The notes under the pieces were generated by a model that worked only from the letters and a program-made list of their open reading frames with translations, ran no database searches and was not told the DNA's origin. This document shows positions 30,832 through 41,486 of a stretch of 64,000 nt of DNA, in pieces. The stretch spans positions 20,285-84,284 of the forward strand of contig JAFXXC010000001.1 of assembly GCA_017542485.1 (NCBI GenBank), written 5' to 3'. The stretch comes from Acholeplasmatales bacterium. GTDB taxonomy: Bacteria > Bacillota_I > Bacilli_A > Acholeplasmatales > Anaeroplasmataceae. The translations under genes and the position numbers were made by a program. The first letter of the stretch is position 1. Each line of letters opens with the position of its first letter.

Positions 30832-32295
30832 TTAAATATTTAAATCATTTTTCTTTTCAGAAAACTTATCTTTTCTTGTAATTAAAATATAACTGATAAT
30901 AAATATTAAAAGACCTACAACCATAAATGCTAAAACAATAGCTGTTATGGAAAAACCTTTATTAGCTTCACTAAATACATCATTTCCTTTGACAACTATT
31001 TTCATTCTTTTTTCAGTAGATAATCCACTAGAATTAATGCAATATGCATTAGCATAATAAATACCTTCTTTCTCATAAATTACATTACTATCATCTATAT
31101 ATAATGTGTCATATACATTTTTATCACTTTCATCAGTTATGCTAACATACTGATATAAATCAGGTGAACTATCTATATCTAATACGACACTTTCTATAGT
31201 CATTTTTGGACTTTCATGAGATATTAAGCTAACATCTAATACATTATTTACTACATATACTCCATCTGTATATTCATACCAAACCTTATAATTTCCAACC
31301 TCATTTTTCAAATCTGTTTTAATCTTCAAATTATTGTAATCAATTCCTTGATTGTCATCAATTTTACTAATATATTTTTTAAAATCAAAATTATCAATAT
31401 CAATCTTATAATCTAAAATTATACTTTCCTCTGTCAAATTAATAACTGGTTCCATATTATCAACAATATGTACTGTAGCGTTAAATGATGCCTTCTTTCC
31501 ACTAGAATTAGTAACAGTTACCTCATATGGAAAAACACCTACAACCTTATAATCTATACTTGGAAATTCTAATCTACCACTTATATCCCCATCAAATAAA
31601 TCTGTTGCCTTAAAAAATTCTTTGATATTATATTCCTCACCAACAGGAATATAAATATCTCCACCTTCCTTACTACATTCAATAATAGGAACAGAATCAT
31701 CATATACATTAACATTGAATGATTTGGTTGTAACATTTCCTCCCTCATCTGTTGCTTTAACATTTACCTTATATGTTCCTAAAATATTAGGGTCAAAGCT
31801 ACTACTAAAATCTAAAGTAACCAAACTTGAATAATTATCACTATAGCTAACATTATTCTTAAAATCATATGTTGATCCTCTTTTTATACTTACTTCATCT
31901 TCTAATATTTCAAGGTTTGGAGCTTCTAAATCCTTAACATAAAATGTAACCAAACACTTATATCCTGTACAAGTACCAGGTATATATTTATTATCAAAAC
32001 ACTTGTACCACACCTTATAAACTCCACAGTGCGTTGTATCAACATTTTTTGAATAGTACAGCCAATCTCCTTCAGTATTATATGTAATATTTGCATCATT
32101 TAAAGGATATCCATCTCTATATAGTGTCGCAACCGGCATATCCATATATTTATCAAATGATTCTCCTACAGGAATAGTAATAGTTGTATTATTCCATACA
32201 TATTTCCAAGTTGATGCAGCATTAACCTTATATCCAAAGAATATAAACGAGATAAATAATAAAAGAATTATACTACCTATCGTCTTCTTCATCAT
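30832..32295 (-). CDS. Surface protein with ~5 Ig-like (DUF5011-like) repeats and C-terminal TM anchor
   Basis: Signal peptide; repeats of VxD..P.l..., G.Y.V.y; hydrophobic C-terminus followed by basic tail. Confidence 0.7.
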   Translation of the reverse strand: MMKKTIGSIILLLFISFIFFGYKVNAASTWKYVWNNTTITIPVGESFDKYMDMPVATLYRDGYPLNDANITYNTEGDWLYYSKNVDTTHCGVYKVWYKCFDNKYIPGTCTGYKCLVTFYVKDLEAPNLEILEDEVSIKRGSTYDFKNNVSYSDNYSSLVTLDFSSSFDPNILGTYKVNVKATDEGGNVTTKSFNVNVYDDSVPIIECSKEGGDIYIPVGEEYNIKEFFKATDLFDGDISGRLEFPSIDYKVVGVFPYEVTVTNSSGKKASFNATVHIVDNMEPVINLTEESIILDYKIDIDNFDFKKYISKIDDNQGIDYNNLKIKTDLKNEVGNYKVWYEYTDGVYVVNNVLDVSLISHESPKMTIESVVLDIDSSPDLYQYVSITDESDKNVYDTLYIDDSNVIYEKEGIYYANAYCINSSGLSTEKRMKIVVKGNDVFSEANKGFSITAIVLAFMVVGLLIFIISYILITRKDKFSEKKNDLNI

Positions 32296-33508
32296 ATCTA
32301 TAATCTCCAAAATCAAATTGATCGATTATTCCAGAATATGCCATGTAATATGCCTTCACAATATACCTATTTCTATTTGCAGTTATTGGCATCCTTGCTA
32401 CTTCATTAATGAAATACTTTTTTAAATATTCATCCTCATAACCAATAGCTAAAGGTAATCCATTTTTAAAAATATAATCCACCTTTTCTTTCAACGATAA
32501 GCATGTTAAATACCTTAATATAATAAAATCATAATCCTCTCTGAAATAACTACATTCATTATTCTCTATGATACTGATAGCTTTATTATTATCTATACAA
32601 ATATATTTTAATGTTTTAGCAAAATCATTTAACAATTTATCATCAATTCCAATTAAATGAGATACATTATTATCAAAAAATGATTTTATTCCAACAAGAG
32701 ATGATTTTATCTTTTCATCATTAATAGTATTAATAATAAACTCATATGATTTTTCACAATTATTCTTAATATAATAACAAGAAATCAAATACTTAGCATA
32801 ATCCAAATAATTATAATAACTATATTCATAATACTTATTCTTAACTATTTCATAATAGCTTGGTGTATCAGGAATATTCATTACATAATGGATTTTAAAT
32901 ACTAATTCATCTCTTAATACTTCAACATCATTTAATAACATAAATTCAGGCAAATACTCTATATCATCTAATGCATTACTAAATTCACCTTTATAAAAAG
33001 ATAATATTGCAGAAAACAATGCATAAATTGTAATATCAAAATCTGACATAGTTGAATATAATGGTGTTAATTTAACATTAACAATATCAGCTCCTTCAAT
33101 ATCCTTTTTAGCTAAACAATATATTAGTTTTATTATGTTAAAACGATAATTTTCAAGTCCTTTACCTTCCTCATATCTTTTTTTAATATAATTAATATCC
33201 CCAATAATATATGCATGAACAACACTAATTAATATTTCCTTTAATTTAAACAAATAATCCACCTTTTCTTCAGATAATTCCAATCTTTTACATATTTCTC
33301 TTAAAAAAGCCCTATTAGGCTCAATTTTATTCTTTTCGATTTTACATAAATATGAAAGTGAACAAACATTATCACTTAAAGCTTCTAATGTTTGAGACAA
33401 ACTTATTCTTCTTGCCTTTATTTCAACACCAATAATTCCATATCTTTCCTCTTTAACCTTTTTATTAAGTGTTCTAGCACGTAATTCACCATTCAAATTT
33501 CCATTCAT
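32273..33508 (-). CDS. XRE-HTH plus helical-repeat (RRNPP-like) transcriptional regulator
   Basis: IKARRISLSQTLEALSDNVCSLSYLCKIEKNKIEP resembles PlcR/NprR-type HTH; long Tyr-rich helical C-terminus. Confidence 0.7.
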   Translation of the reverse strand: MNGNLNGELRARTLNKKVKEERYGIIGVEIKARRISLSQTLEALSDNVCSLSYLCKIEKNKIEPNRAFLREICKRLELSEEKVDYLFKLKEILISVVHAYIIGDINYIKKRYEEGKGLENYRFNIIKLIYCLAKKDIEGADIVNVKLTPLYSTMSDFDITIYALFSAILSFYKGEFSNALDDIEYLPEFMLLNDVEVLRDELVFKIHYVMNIPDTPSYYEIVKNKYYEYSYYNYLDYAKYLISCYYIKNNCEKSYEFIINTINDEKIKSSLVGIKSFFDNNVSHLIGIDDKLLNDFAKTLKYICIDNNKAISIIENNECSYFREDYDFIILRYLTCLSLKEKVDYIFKNGLPLAIGYEDEYLKKYFINEVARMPITANRNRYIVKAYYMAYSGIIDQFDFGDYRYDEEDDR

Positions 33509-33721
33509 AATTTACCTCCACAATATCTCCTTATATTAATATTATACTTTGGAAAAAGACAAACAAAAAACAAAAACTCCTTTCTCAAAAACGAAAATTC
33601 CTGCCCGTTTTGAGTACCATTTTTTACATATTTTTGGAAAATTTTGACCAAAATTCAAAAATTTTCATTTCTTTTTCATTAAGTCCTATTATAAGGACTA
33701 TTTTTTTATTTATCTTTTAAT

Positions 33722-34234
33722 CTATGTTGGTAAATTTATTACATAATATTTGACTATTTTTTTCTTTTTATTCACCCTAATTCTATTTTGTAAAAATCCC
33801 ATTTTATAATAACAAGCACAAAAAGTGATGACCCTATTCAAATCATCACTAACATTAAAACCAATCTCATCTAGTCTTTCTTTCCATATATCATATATTC
33901 TTTTATATCTATTCAATTCATAATCAGCTTTATTATCGCTACCAGAGCTTAACATTTCAAATACGTAGCCAACAGATTGCCTTTCATATGGTATTACAAA
34001 AGAAGGCATTAATGCATGAGTAATACCACAATTTTTACAATATACTCTTTGTATATAAATAACATAATCATCAATTATTCTTTTATATTTTCCATATTTA
34101 ATTAAACTCCCTTTACATCCACAACTGCACTTCAAAGAATATGATTTTATTCTTTTTATTTCATCATTATATCTATTAATATCTATAAAACTAATTTCTA
34201 AACCTTTATATTTCTTTGAAACAAATAAAATCAT
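33722..34234 (-). CDS. DUF6431-like Zn-finger protein (often transposon-associated)
   Basis: CSCG..GSLIKYGKYKR...IQRVYCKNCGITHALMPSFVIPY. Confidence 0.7.
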   Translation of the reverse strand: MILFVSKKYKGLEISFIDINRYNDEIKRIKSYSLKCSCGCKGSLIKYGKYKRIIDDYVIYIQRVYCKNCGITHALMPSFVIPYERQSVGYVFEMLSSGSDNKADYELNRYKRIYDIWKERLDEIGFNVSDDLNRVITFCACYYKMGFLQNRIRVNKKKKIVKYYVINLPT

Positions 34235-34252
34235 AATAGAAAAAAAGAAGAT

Positions 34253-34879
34253 TTAATCTTCTTTGTTCGTACAATATTTTTTAAGTCTACAACCCAAACA
34301 CTTTGGATTTTTACTTAAACATATATATCTTCCAAAATGGATAAATAAATGGTGAGAAACAATCCATAAATCCTTGGGCAACAATTTCTTTATGTCTCCT
34401 TCTACAACAATCGTATTATTAGATTTTGAAAAGCCTAACCTATTACTAACCCTTAACACATGTGTATCGACAGGCACTGCAGGAATCTTAAAACCCTCAA
34501 CTAAAATTACCGATGCAGTTTTTCTACCTACTCCAGGTAACTTCATTAATGATTCTATATCATCAGGAACAATTGAATTATATTCATCTACTAATACCTT
34601 TGATAAATTAATAATATTGCTAGCCTTCATCTTTGCTAATCCAAGAGGTGAAATTATATTAATAACATCACTCAAAGACGCCAATGATAATAAAGCTGGC
34701 GTTGGATATTTATCAAATAATACCTTAGTAACTTCATTTACTCTACTATCTTTAGTTTGGGCAGATAATACAGTAGCTATAACAAGTTCGAATATATTAT
34801 TATAATCAAGTTCACACCTAGGATCAGCTATTATTTCTTTTAAAATATTAATTATTTCTAACGCCCTTTTATTATTCAT
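34253..34879 (-). CDS. nth: Endonuclease III
   Basis: LSAQTKD, LPGVGRKTA, VDTHV, C-x6-C-x2-C-x5-C. Confidence 0.95.
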   Translation of the reverse strand: MNNKRALEIINILKEIIADPRCELDYNNIFELVIATVLSAQTKDSRVNEVTKVLFDKYPTPALLSLASLSDVINIISPLGLAKMKASNIINLSKVLVDEYNSIVPDDIESLMKLPGVGRKTASVILVEGFKIPAVPVDTHVLRVSNRLGFSKSNNTIVVEGDIKKLLPKDLWIVSHHLFIHFGRYICLSKNPKCLGCRLKKYCTNKED

Positions 34880-35499
34880 TATTTTATTCTCTTTATAAAA
34901 TCCTTAACATATTCTGGAGTTTCCTTCTTAGTTTTAGTAACTCCATTACCTTTTGATAATTCATTAGATAGATTTCTAATATTTAATATTTTATTATTCT
35001 CTTTTATCTTATCTACTGCATTCAAAAAATCTTTTTTTGTATATCTATCATCACTTATTAAAGACTTTAATATTTCCAATTCATTTGATGATAAATTCCT
35101 GTTAAATTCTTTAGTAACAAACATAATAATTGAATGTGTTTCATCCTCATCAAAAACCTGCTTATTATCTAAAATATTTTCTACAGACTCAAAAAATCCA
35201 TCCAAAGATATTGCTTCTGACGCTATACCATTATCATAGCTTAAATATATTTCATAAAGTTTTCTATCAAGTAAACTTGCTAAAGCATTATCAAAGCTAT
35301 CCTTACGAATATTCATTTTTTCTCTTATTGACTCAGGATTAAAAGAACTACTTGTTTTATAATTATCAATAACCTTTATTAATACCAAAGCCTCTGTAGT
35401 ACTTAATGATAAATTTTTAAGATTACCTAAAATAAAACCTTGATAATCAAAATATCCCATCTCAAATAATTTTTTAATCATTTGCAAACCTCTGAACAT
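34879..35499 (-). CDS. DnaD-like replication protein
   Basis: N-terminal winged-helix pattern, EFNRNLSSNELE; upstream of nth as in Bacilli. Confidence 0.6.
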   Translation of the reverse strand: MFRGLQMIKKLFEMGYFDYQGFILGNLKNLSLSTTEALVLIKVIDNYKTSSSFNPESIREKMNIRKDSFDNALASLLDRKLYEIYLSYDNGIASEAISLDGFFESVENILDNKQVFDEDETHSIIMFVTKEFNRNLSSNELEILKSLISDDRYTKKDFLNAVDKIKENNKILNIRNLSNELSKGNGVTKTKKETPEYVKDFIKRIK

Positions 35500-36163
35500 T
35501 TTTAGCTTCTTTTTCTAAGGCATCCTTTGCTGCATTTTGTTGAGCTTCCTTCTTTGATTTTCCAATTCCTCTTCCCATCAAAATCTCATCCATGTATACA
35601 ACTGCTTCAAATTCCTTATCATTTGCAGGACCCTCATCACGAACAATTTCATATCTTATTGTACGCTTTTCACTTTGAAGCTTTTCTTGCAATAATGATT
35701 TATAGTCTCTAAATTTTAAAACAACATTTAAATAAGGAATAAATAATCTCTCTACTAGTTCCTGAGCCTCGCTAAATCCACCATCTAAAAATACAGCTCC
35801 AAGTAAAGCCTCTAGTGCATCTGCTATAATGGCACTTCTATTTCTTCCACCAGTTTGTTCTTCTCCCTTACCAAGTAACAAATACTTATTGAATTCAATT
35901 TTAGAAGCATATAAATCAAGTGCTGGCTCACATACTGCCTTAGCACGTGTCTTAGTTAAAACTCCTTCATCAAAATGAATAGAATCATAAAGATGCTTGC
36001 TCATCGCAAGCTCAAGTACTGCATCTCCTAAAAACTCCATTCTCTCATTATAATCACAATCATGTTCATTGCCATAAGATGAATGTGTCAAAGCAACTCT
36101 TAAAAGATTAATATTCTTAAATTTATAGCCAATCTTTTCTTCTAATTCTTCAAAACTACTCAT
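35474..36163 (-). CDS. rnc: Ribonuclease III
   Basis: NERMEFLGDAVL, ADALEAL, dsRBD GKSKKEAQQNAA. Confidence 0.97.
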   Translation of the reverse strand: MSSFEELEEKIGYKFKNINLLRVALTHSSYGNEHDCDYNERMEFLGDAVLELAMSKHLYDSIHFDEGVLTKTRAKAVCEPALDLYASKIEFNKYLLLGKGEEQTGGRNRSAIIADALEALLGAVFLDGGFSEAQELVERLFIPYLNVVLKFRDYKSLLQEKLQSEKRTIRYEIVRDEGPANDKEFEAVVYMDEILMGRGIGKSKKEAQQNAAKDALEKEAKNVQRFAND

Positions 36164-37163
36164 TTTTAACCTCTTCTTTTGGTAATGCACTTACTACTTT
36201 TTCAATCAAATTACTTTCAACCATAAGTCTTGCTTGACGAATAGCACTACTAAATGCATAGCTATCAGAATTACCATGAGCCTTAACAACAGGCGCAGAT
36301 ACACCAAATATCATAGCTCCACCAACTTCTTTAGTATCCATTCTCTTAGCAAATCTCTTAATATTCTTTCTCATAAATAAGTAACCAATTTTTCCACCAA
36401 TAGATGACTTAATCTCATCCTTTAGCATTCTACCCATAGTTTTAGCAGTACCCTCTAATGTTTTTATTGCAATATTTCCAGTAAAACCATCTGTAACTAC
36501 TATATCAGTAGGACAATCAATAATTTGATTTGGTTCAACATTACCCTTAAAATCAATATCCTTAAGATTACTTAAATAATCATATGCCTCTTGTTCAAAT
36601 TCTCTTCCCTTACCAGGTTCAGATCCAATATTCAATAGGCCAACTGTAGGATTATTTATACCTAATACATTTTTAGCAGCTACACTTGCAAATATAGCAA
36701 ATTGTCCTAAATGATATGGCTTTAATTCTACATTAGCGCCAACATCTAATATTAATCTAGCTTTCTTATCATAGTTAGGAATAATAGGACATAAAGCCAC
36801 TCTATCCATTTGTGGTAATCTTCTTACAATTAAATGTGATGCCATAATAACACATTGAGTAGGACCTGATGTTACTACACAATCAACTTCTCCTCTTTTA
36901 CATGCATACATAACCATATCAAGTGAAGAATCCTTCATTGTTCTTACTGCGTGAACAGGATTATGCTCACCCATATCCATAGTAACCTTTGTATGTACAA
37001 TTGTAATACGCTCACTATTAGTTAATAATGGCTTTATTTTTTCTTCATCACCAAATAATACAATTTCAATATCCTTAAATTTTTGGATAGCCATCATACT
37101 ACCTGGAACAGTAGCCTCAACTCCAAAATCTCCACCATTAGCGTCTACACCTATTTTAATCAT
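36156..37163 (-). CDS. plsX: Phosphate acyltransferase PlsX
   Basis: VDANGGDF, LDVGAN, LLNIGSE..KG, VTDGFTGN, KAHG. Confidence 0.96.
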   Translation of the reverse strand: MIKIGVDANGGDFGVEATVPGSMMAIQKFKDIEIVLFGDEEKIKPLLTNSERITIVHTKVTMDMGEHNPVHAVRTMKDSSLDMVMYACKRGEVDCVVTSGPTQCVIMASHLIVRRLPQMDRVALCPIIPNYDKKARLILDVGANVELKPYHLGQFAIFASVAAKNVLGINNPTVGLLNIGSEPGKGREFEQEAYDYLSNLKDIDFKGNVEPNQIIDCPTDIVVTDGFTGNIAIKTLEGTAKTMGRMLKDEIKSSIGGKIGYLFMRKNIKRFAKRMDTKEVGGAMIFGVSAPVVKAHGNSDSYAFSSAIRQARLMVESNLIEKVVSALPKEEVKNE

Positions 37164-37219
37164 TTCAATCACTCCTAGTCATAAATTATATTTATTTTAT
37201 CATTTAATATGATAAAAAA

Positions 37220-39205
37220 CTAGTTTATTTTATCTAATTCATTTCTCTCATTCACTATTTTATCGAATAATTCACTCTTTATTGTACCATCAAGATACTT
37301 GCTAATCATTATTTCGCTATCACTTTTTGCACACTTTAATATTTTTAAATCCTCAGTAAAGCTTGCATACTCCAAATTTTGATATCCAGATTGATCACTA
37401 CCTAAATAATCGCCAGGACCCCTAAGTTTAAAATCAATTTCTGATATTTGGAATCCATCACTTATCTCGCTTAATGCTTTTAGTCTTGGATTATCAATAT
37501 CATCAGATATTAACATACAATATGAATCTAAAGTGCCACGTCCAACTCTTCCTCTTAACTGATGTAATGTAGCAAGTCCAAATCTTTCAGCATTCATAAT
37601 AATCATCATTGTTGCATCAGTAATATTTACACCAACCTCTATAACAGTAGTTGATATTAAAATATCATAATTACCATCTCTAAAATCGTTTAATATCTTA
37701 TCCTTTTCTAAAGACTTCATCTTACCATGTAATACACCAATTTTAATATTATCTAACCTAGACTTAAATAATTTTTCGCATTCATAAACATCCATATAAT
37801 TATTCTCATCATTTTCAATTAATGGAACAACAACATATGCCTTTTCTCCCATAGCCAAATGGTTACTTATGGATTTAAATAAAGAATTTAGCTTACTAAA
37901 AGGTAAAACCTTAGTAACAATTTCTTTTTTACCTTTAGGTAAAGTTTTAATTGATGACACATCTAAATCCTTTAAAAATGTCAAGCCTAGCGTTCTAGGA
38001 ATAGGAGTTGCACTAAAAAATAATGAATCAACATTGTCATATTTGTTAACTAAGCTTAATCTTTGATTAACCCCAAAACGATGTTGCTCATCAATAATAG
38101 CCAAACCTAAATTATTGAACTTAACTCTATCATTTAAAATAGAATGTGTGCCAACCAAAATATCAATAGCATTAGATTCTACTTCTCTTAATATTTGCTC
38201 CGCATCTTTTTTCTTAACACCAGAAGTCAATAAACCAACTTTAACGTTATATTTATCTAAATATTTCTTAAATTCATTATATTCTTGAATAGCTAATACT
38301 TCAGTAGGTGCTAAACAAGCAACTTGATAATTAGACTTAGTCATTAATAAAGCAGAAATTATACCAACAATAGTTTTTCCACAGCCAACATCGCCCTCAA
38401 TTAATCTATTCATAGGAAATGGCTTATTTAAATCACAAATTACATCATCTATTGCCTTAATTTGATCAACAGTCAAATCAAAACTTAAATTATTGATAAA
38501 ATCATTTTTTAAATCTAAATTAATATTTCTATTATTCTTTTCTATAACTATTCTTTTATTTCTAATATAAGATAAAGAAATACTATACCAATAAAATTCC
38601 TCATATTTTCTTCTTCTTATAGCCTCATTCATATCATTAATACTATTTGGAAAATGTGACTTATAAATATAATCATTTATCTCAAGCAATTTATATTTTT
38701 TTATTATCTCATCAGGTAATGTTTCACTAAAAACTAATTTCAACTTTAATGCATTATCAATAAGCTTACTCATTTTACTATTTAAGATATCTTTTAATTT
38801 ATAATCTGTCTCAATCTTAAACCCTACATTTTCAATAAATAATTTCTTAATATTAAATTGTTTTTTAGTGTTATGGTATTTACCATAGACACCAATAAAC
38901 TGTCCTTTTTTTATTTTAATTCCAACATAAATATTAGAAAAAATATCCATCTTTATTCTAAGATTATCAAATTTCAAATAAAATGAAAAAGCAAAAGTGT
39001 TTTTCTTATATTTAAACATACTTACATTAGAGTCAACTATACCTTCTAAATAACAATCATTTCCTTCAAACAGTTTTTCAGGACTATGCTTATAAACCAA
39101 ATAATTTTTAGGAAAAGAAAATAACAAATCCTCAATAGTATAGATTCCATTATTATTAAGTTGATATAAAGTTTTGTCACCTACACCATTAAGCATTTTT
39201 AACAT
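37220..39205 (-). CDS. recG: ATP-dependent DNA helicase RecG
   Basis: GDVGCGKT, IDEQHRFGV, SATPIPRT, HQLRGRVGR, RGPGD. Confidence 0.96.
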   Translation of the reverse strand: MLKMLNGVGDKTLYQLNNNGIYTIEDLLFSFPKNYLVYKHSPEKLFEGNDCYLEGIVDSNVSMFKYKKNTFAFSFYLKFDNLRIKMDIFSNIYVGIKIKKGQFIGVYGKYHNTKKQFNIKKLFIENVGFKIETDYKLKDILNSKMSKLIDNALKLKLVFSETLPDEIIKKYKLLEINDYIYKSHFPNSINDMNEAIRRRKYEEFYWYSISLSYIRNKRIVIEKNNRNINLDLKNDFINNLSFDLTVDQIKAIDDVICDLNKPFPMNRLIEGDVGCGKTIVGIISALLMTKSNYQVACLAPTEVLAIQEYNEFKKYLDKYNVKVGLLTSGVKKKDAEQILREVESNAIDILVGTHSILNDRVKFNNLGLAIIDEQHRFGVNQRLSLVNKYDNVDSLFFSATPIPRTLGLTFLKDLDVSSIKTLPKGKKEIVTKVLPFSKLNSLFKSISNHLAMGEKAYVVVPLIENDENNYMDVYECEKLFKSRLDNIKIGVLHGKMKSLEKDKILNDFRDGNYDILISTTVIEVGVNITDATMMIIMNAERFGLATLHQLRGRVGRGTLDSYCMLISDDIDNPRLKALSEISDGFQISEIDFKLRGPGDYLGSDQSGYQNLEYASFTEDLKILKCAKSDSEIMISKYLDGTIKSELFDKIVNERNELDKIN

Positions 39206-39250
39206 AATTTAACCTCAAAAAAAGGGTTGGAAAACCAACCCATAATATTC

Positions 39251-40852
39251 TTATTCAACAGCAATAATATATGAATAAATATCTTGCTGACCCTCAATTA
39301 CTTCAACATCAACATCAGGGTTATACTTCAAACAAGTTTCCTCAAGAACATCTCTTTCTTCATCTGTAACATCCTTACCTAAGAAGATAGTAATAATTTC
39401 AGAATCTTCATTTAATATTCTTGATAATAACTCATTAAGACAATCTTCCTTCTTAGCAGTAGATACTAAAATATTACCATTAGAAATACCCATAAAATCA
39501 CCAGAATGGATTTCAACTCCACCAATTTCAGTATCTCTAATAGAATAAGTAATTTCACCAGAAACAACATGCTTAATTTGTTCAGTCATTGCCTCAACAT
39601 TTTCTTCTAATGATCCTTCAGGATTATAGTTGATTAATGATGCATATCCTTGAGCTATAGTTTTAGCAGGTAATACCTCAACATTGATTCCTTCTACTAA
39701 TGTTGCTGCTTGCTTTGCAGCCATAACAACATTACCATTATTAGGAATGATTATAACATTCTTAGCATTAACAGCCTTGATTGCTTCAACAAATGATTCA
39801 GTAGATGGATTCATTGTTTGTCCACCTTCAATTACATAATCAACACCAAGTTCTCTAAATGTTTCAACAATTCCTTCTCCAAAGCATACAGAAACAAGTC
39901 CCATATCCTTCATTTCTTCAGTTTGAACTGTTGTATCTGCAGTCTTATTCTTTACCTTTAGATTCTCGATTTTTAACACAATGAATTCACCATTCTTTTG
40001 GCAAATTTCAAGTGCTCTACCAGGTCTATCAGTATTAAGCTCTACTTTATATCCTTCAGCTTCCTTTGTTAAAGTTACCTTATCACCTAATAATGATAAA
40101 GCTCCATTTAATGCCTTTACATCGAATGCTTCAGGCTTCTTTAATTCAAGTAATAATTCTACTTGGTAGAAATATTTTAATCCTTCAACACCTTGAGTCT
40201 TATCTTCATCGGAAATAGCATTTAGCATTTCACCTCTTAATGCCATATCCATACCAGTAGCGAATGCTAAGAATCCAGCTCCACCAGAGTCAACAACTCC
40301 AGCTTCCTTTAATACTGGTAACAAAGTAGGTGTGCTATCAAGTGCTTCTTTAGCATATCCTACATAGTCAGATAATAATTCATCTATTGTTGTATATTTA
40401 CTAATATTTTCTCTAGTCTTTTCTGCAGCCACTCTAACTACAGTTAAAATAGTACCCTCAATTGGAGTCATAACTGCTTTATAAGCAACCTTACAGCCAC
40501 TTTCAAGACAACTCATAAAATCTTCAATATCCAAATAATTATGTTGTAACTCTTTTAAGCCAACATACATTCCTCTAAAAAATTGTGATAAAATAACTCC
40601 TGAGTTTCCTCTAGCGCCCATTAAGGCACCACGTGATAAAACCTTTGCATTATCAATAATAGAGCTTGACTCACAAGCCTCTAATTCTCTAATTCCTGAT
40701 GTAACAGTCATTGACATATTTGTACCAGTATCTCCATCAGGTACTGGGAATACGTTTAATTGATCTATTTCGGCATGATTATTTTTTAAATTGATAGCAC
40801 CATTTATTACCATTTTTCTAAATAATGCTACATCTATCGAAACCACACTCAT
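39251..40852 (-). CDS. fakA: DAK2-domain protein / fatty acid kinase subunit A
   Basis: LNVFPVPDGDTGTNM, GARGNSGVILSQ, VVDSGG, GGQTMNPS; next to rpmB and recG. Confidence 0.9.
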   Translation of the reverse strand: MSVVSIDVALFRKMVINGAINLKNNHAEIDQLNVFPVPDGDTGTNMSMTVTSGIRELEACESSSIIDNAKVLSRGALMGARGNSGVILSQFFRGMYVGLKELQHNYLDIEDFMSCLESGCKVAYKAVMTPIEGTILTVVRVAAEKTRENISKYTTIDELLSDYVGYAKEALDSTPTLLPVLKEAGVVDSGGAGFLAFATGMDMALRGEMLNAISDEDKTQGVEGLKYFYQVELLLELKKPEAFDVKALNGALSLLGDKVTLTKEAEGYKVELNTDRPGRALEICQKNGEFIVLKIENLKVKNKTADTTVQTEEMKDMGLVSVCFGEGIVETFRELGVDYVIEGGQTMNPSTESFVEAIKAVNAKNVIIIPNNGNVVMAAKQAATLVEGINVEVLPAKTIAQGYASLINYNPEGSLEENVEAMTEQIKHVVSGEITYSIRDTEIGGVEIHSGDFMGISNGNILVSTAKKEDCLNELLSRILNEDSEIITIFLGKDVTDEERDVLEETCLKYNPDVDVEVIEGQQDIYSYIIAVE

Positions 40853-41014
40853 GGTAATCCTCCTTGTTTAAAAACATAAATATATTGAAAGGGATAATCC
40901 CTATTGTTATAAAAATCAAACTAATAAACTACTGAATAATATATTTCTTTAAATATATTCACCCCGTATATCATTTTAATGATATAGTGACACTACACAA
41001 TATCACTTATACAA

Positions 41015-41043
41015 AATATATCACTTTTTAGTCTAGATGTCAA
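41015..41043 (-). promoter_or_regulatory. Sigma-A promoter of fakA
   Basis: TTGACA-17 nt-TATATT with TG extension. Confidence 0.6.
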
Positions 41044-41159
41044 ATTTATTCGTAATATGAAACCCTAACCTATAATTTTTTTTAAAAAACACTTGAATAA
41101 ATAAACCTCATAGAGTAAAATAAGAAAGCCGATTAAAATAAGGCAAGGAGGATTTAAAT

Positions 41160-41348
41160 ATGGCAAGATGTTATATTACTGGTAAATCAACTGTTACTGG
41201 TAACAAAAGATCTCATGCTTTAAATGCTACAAGACGTACTTGGAAAGCTAATCTTCAAACTGTTCATATTAAGGACGAAAACGGAAACGTTAAGAAGGTT
41301 AAGATTTCTGCTAGAGCTTTAAAGAAGGGTAACATTGAAAGAGCTTAA
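41160..41348 (+). CDS. rpmB: 50S ribosomal protein L28
   Basis: MARCYITGK...[20 protein letters not shown]. Confidence 0.97.
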   Translation: MARCYITGKSTVTGNKRSHALNATRRTWKANLQTVHIKDENGNVKKVKISARALKKGNIERA

Positions 41349-41486
41349 CAGCTAAACAAAAAAGCGCATTTAACAGGCCAAGCCTGTTTTTTTGCTTTTT
41401 ATATGGCACTTTTTTTACTAAAAAATGAGGTATCACTACCTCATTTTAATCACCTTTACTTTTTCAAAAAAGAAAAGAGTAATAAA

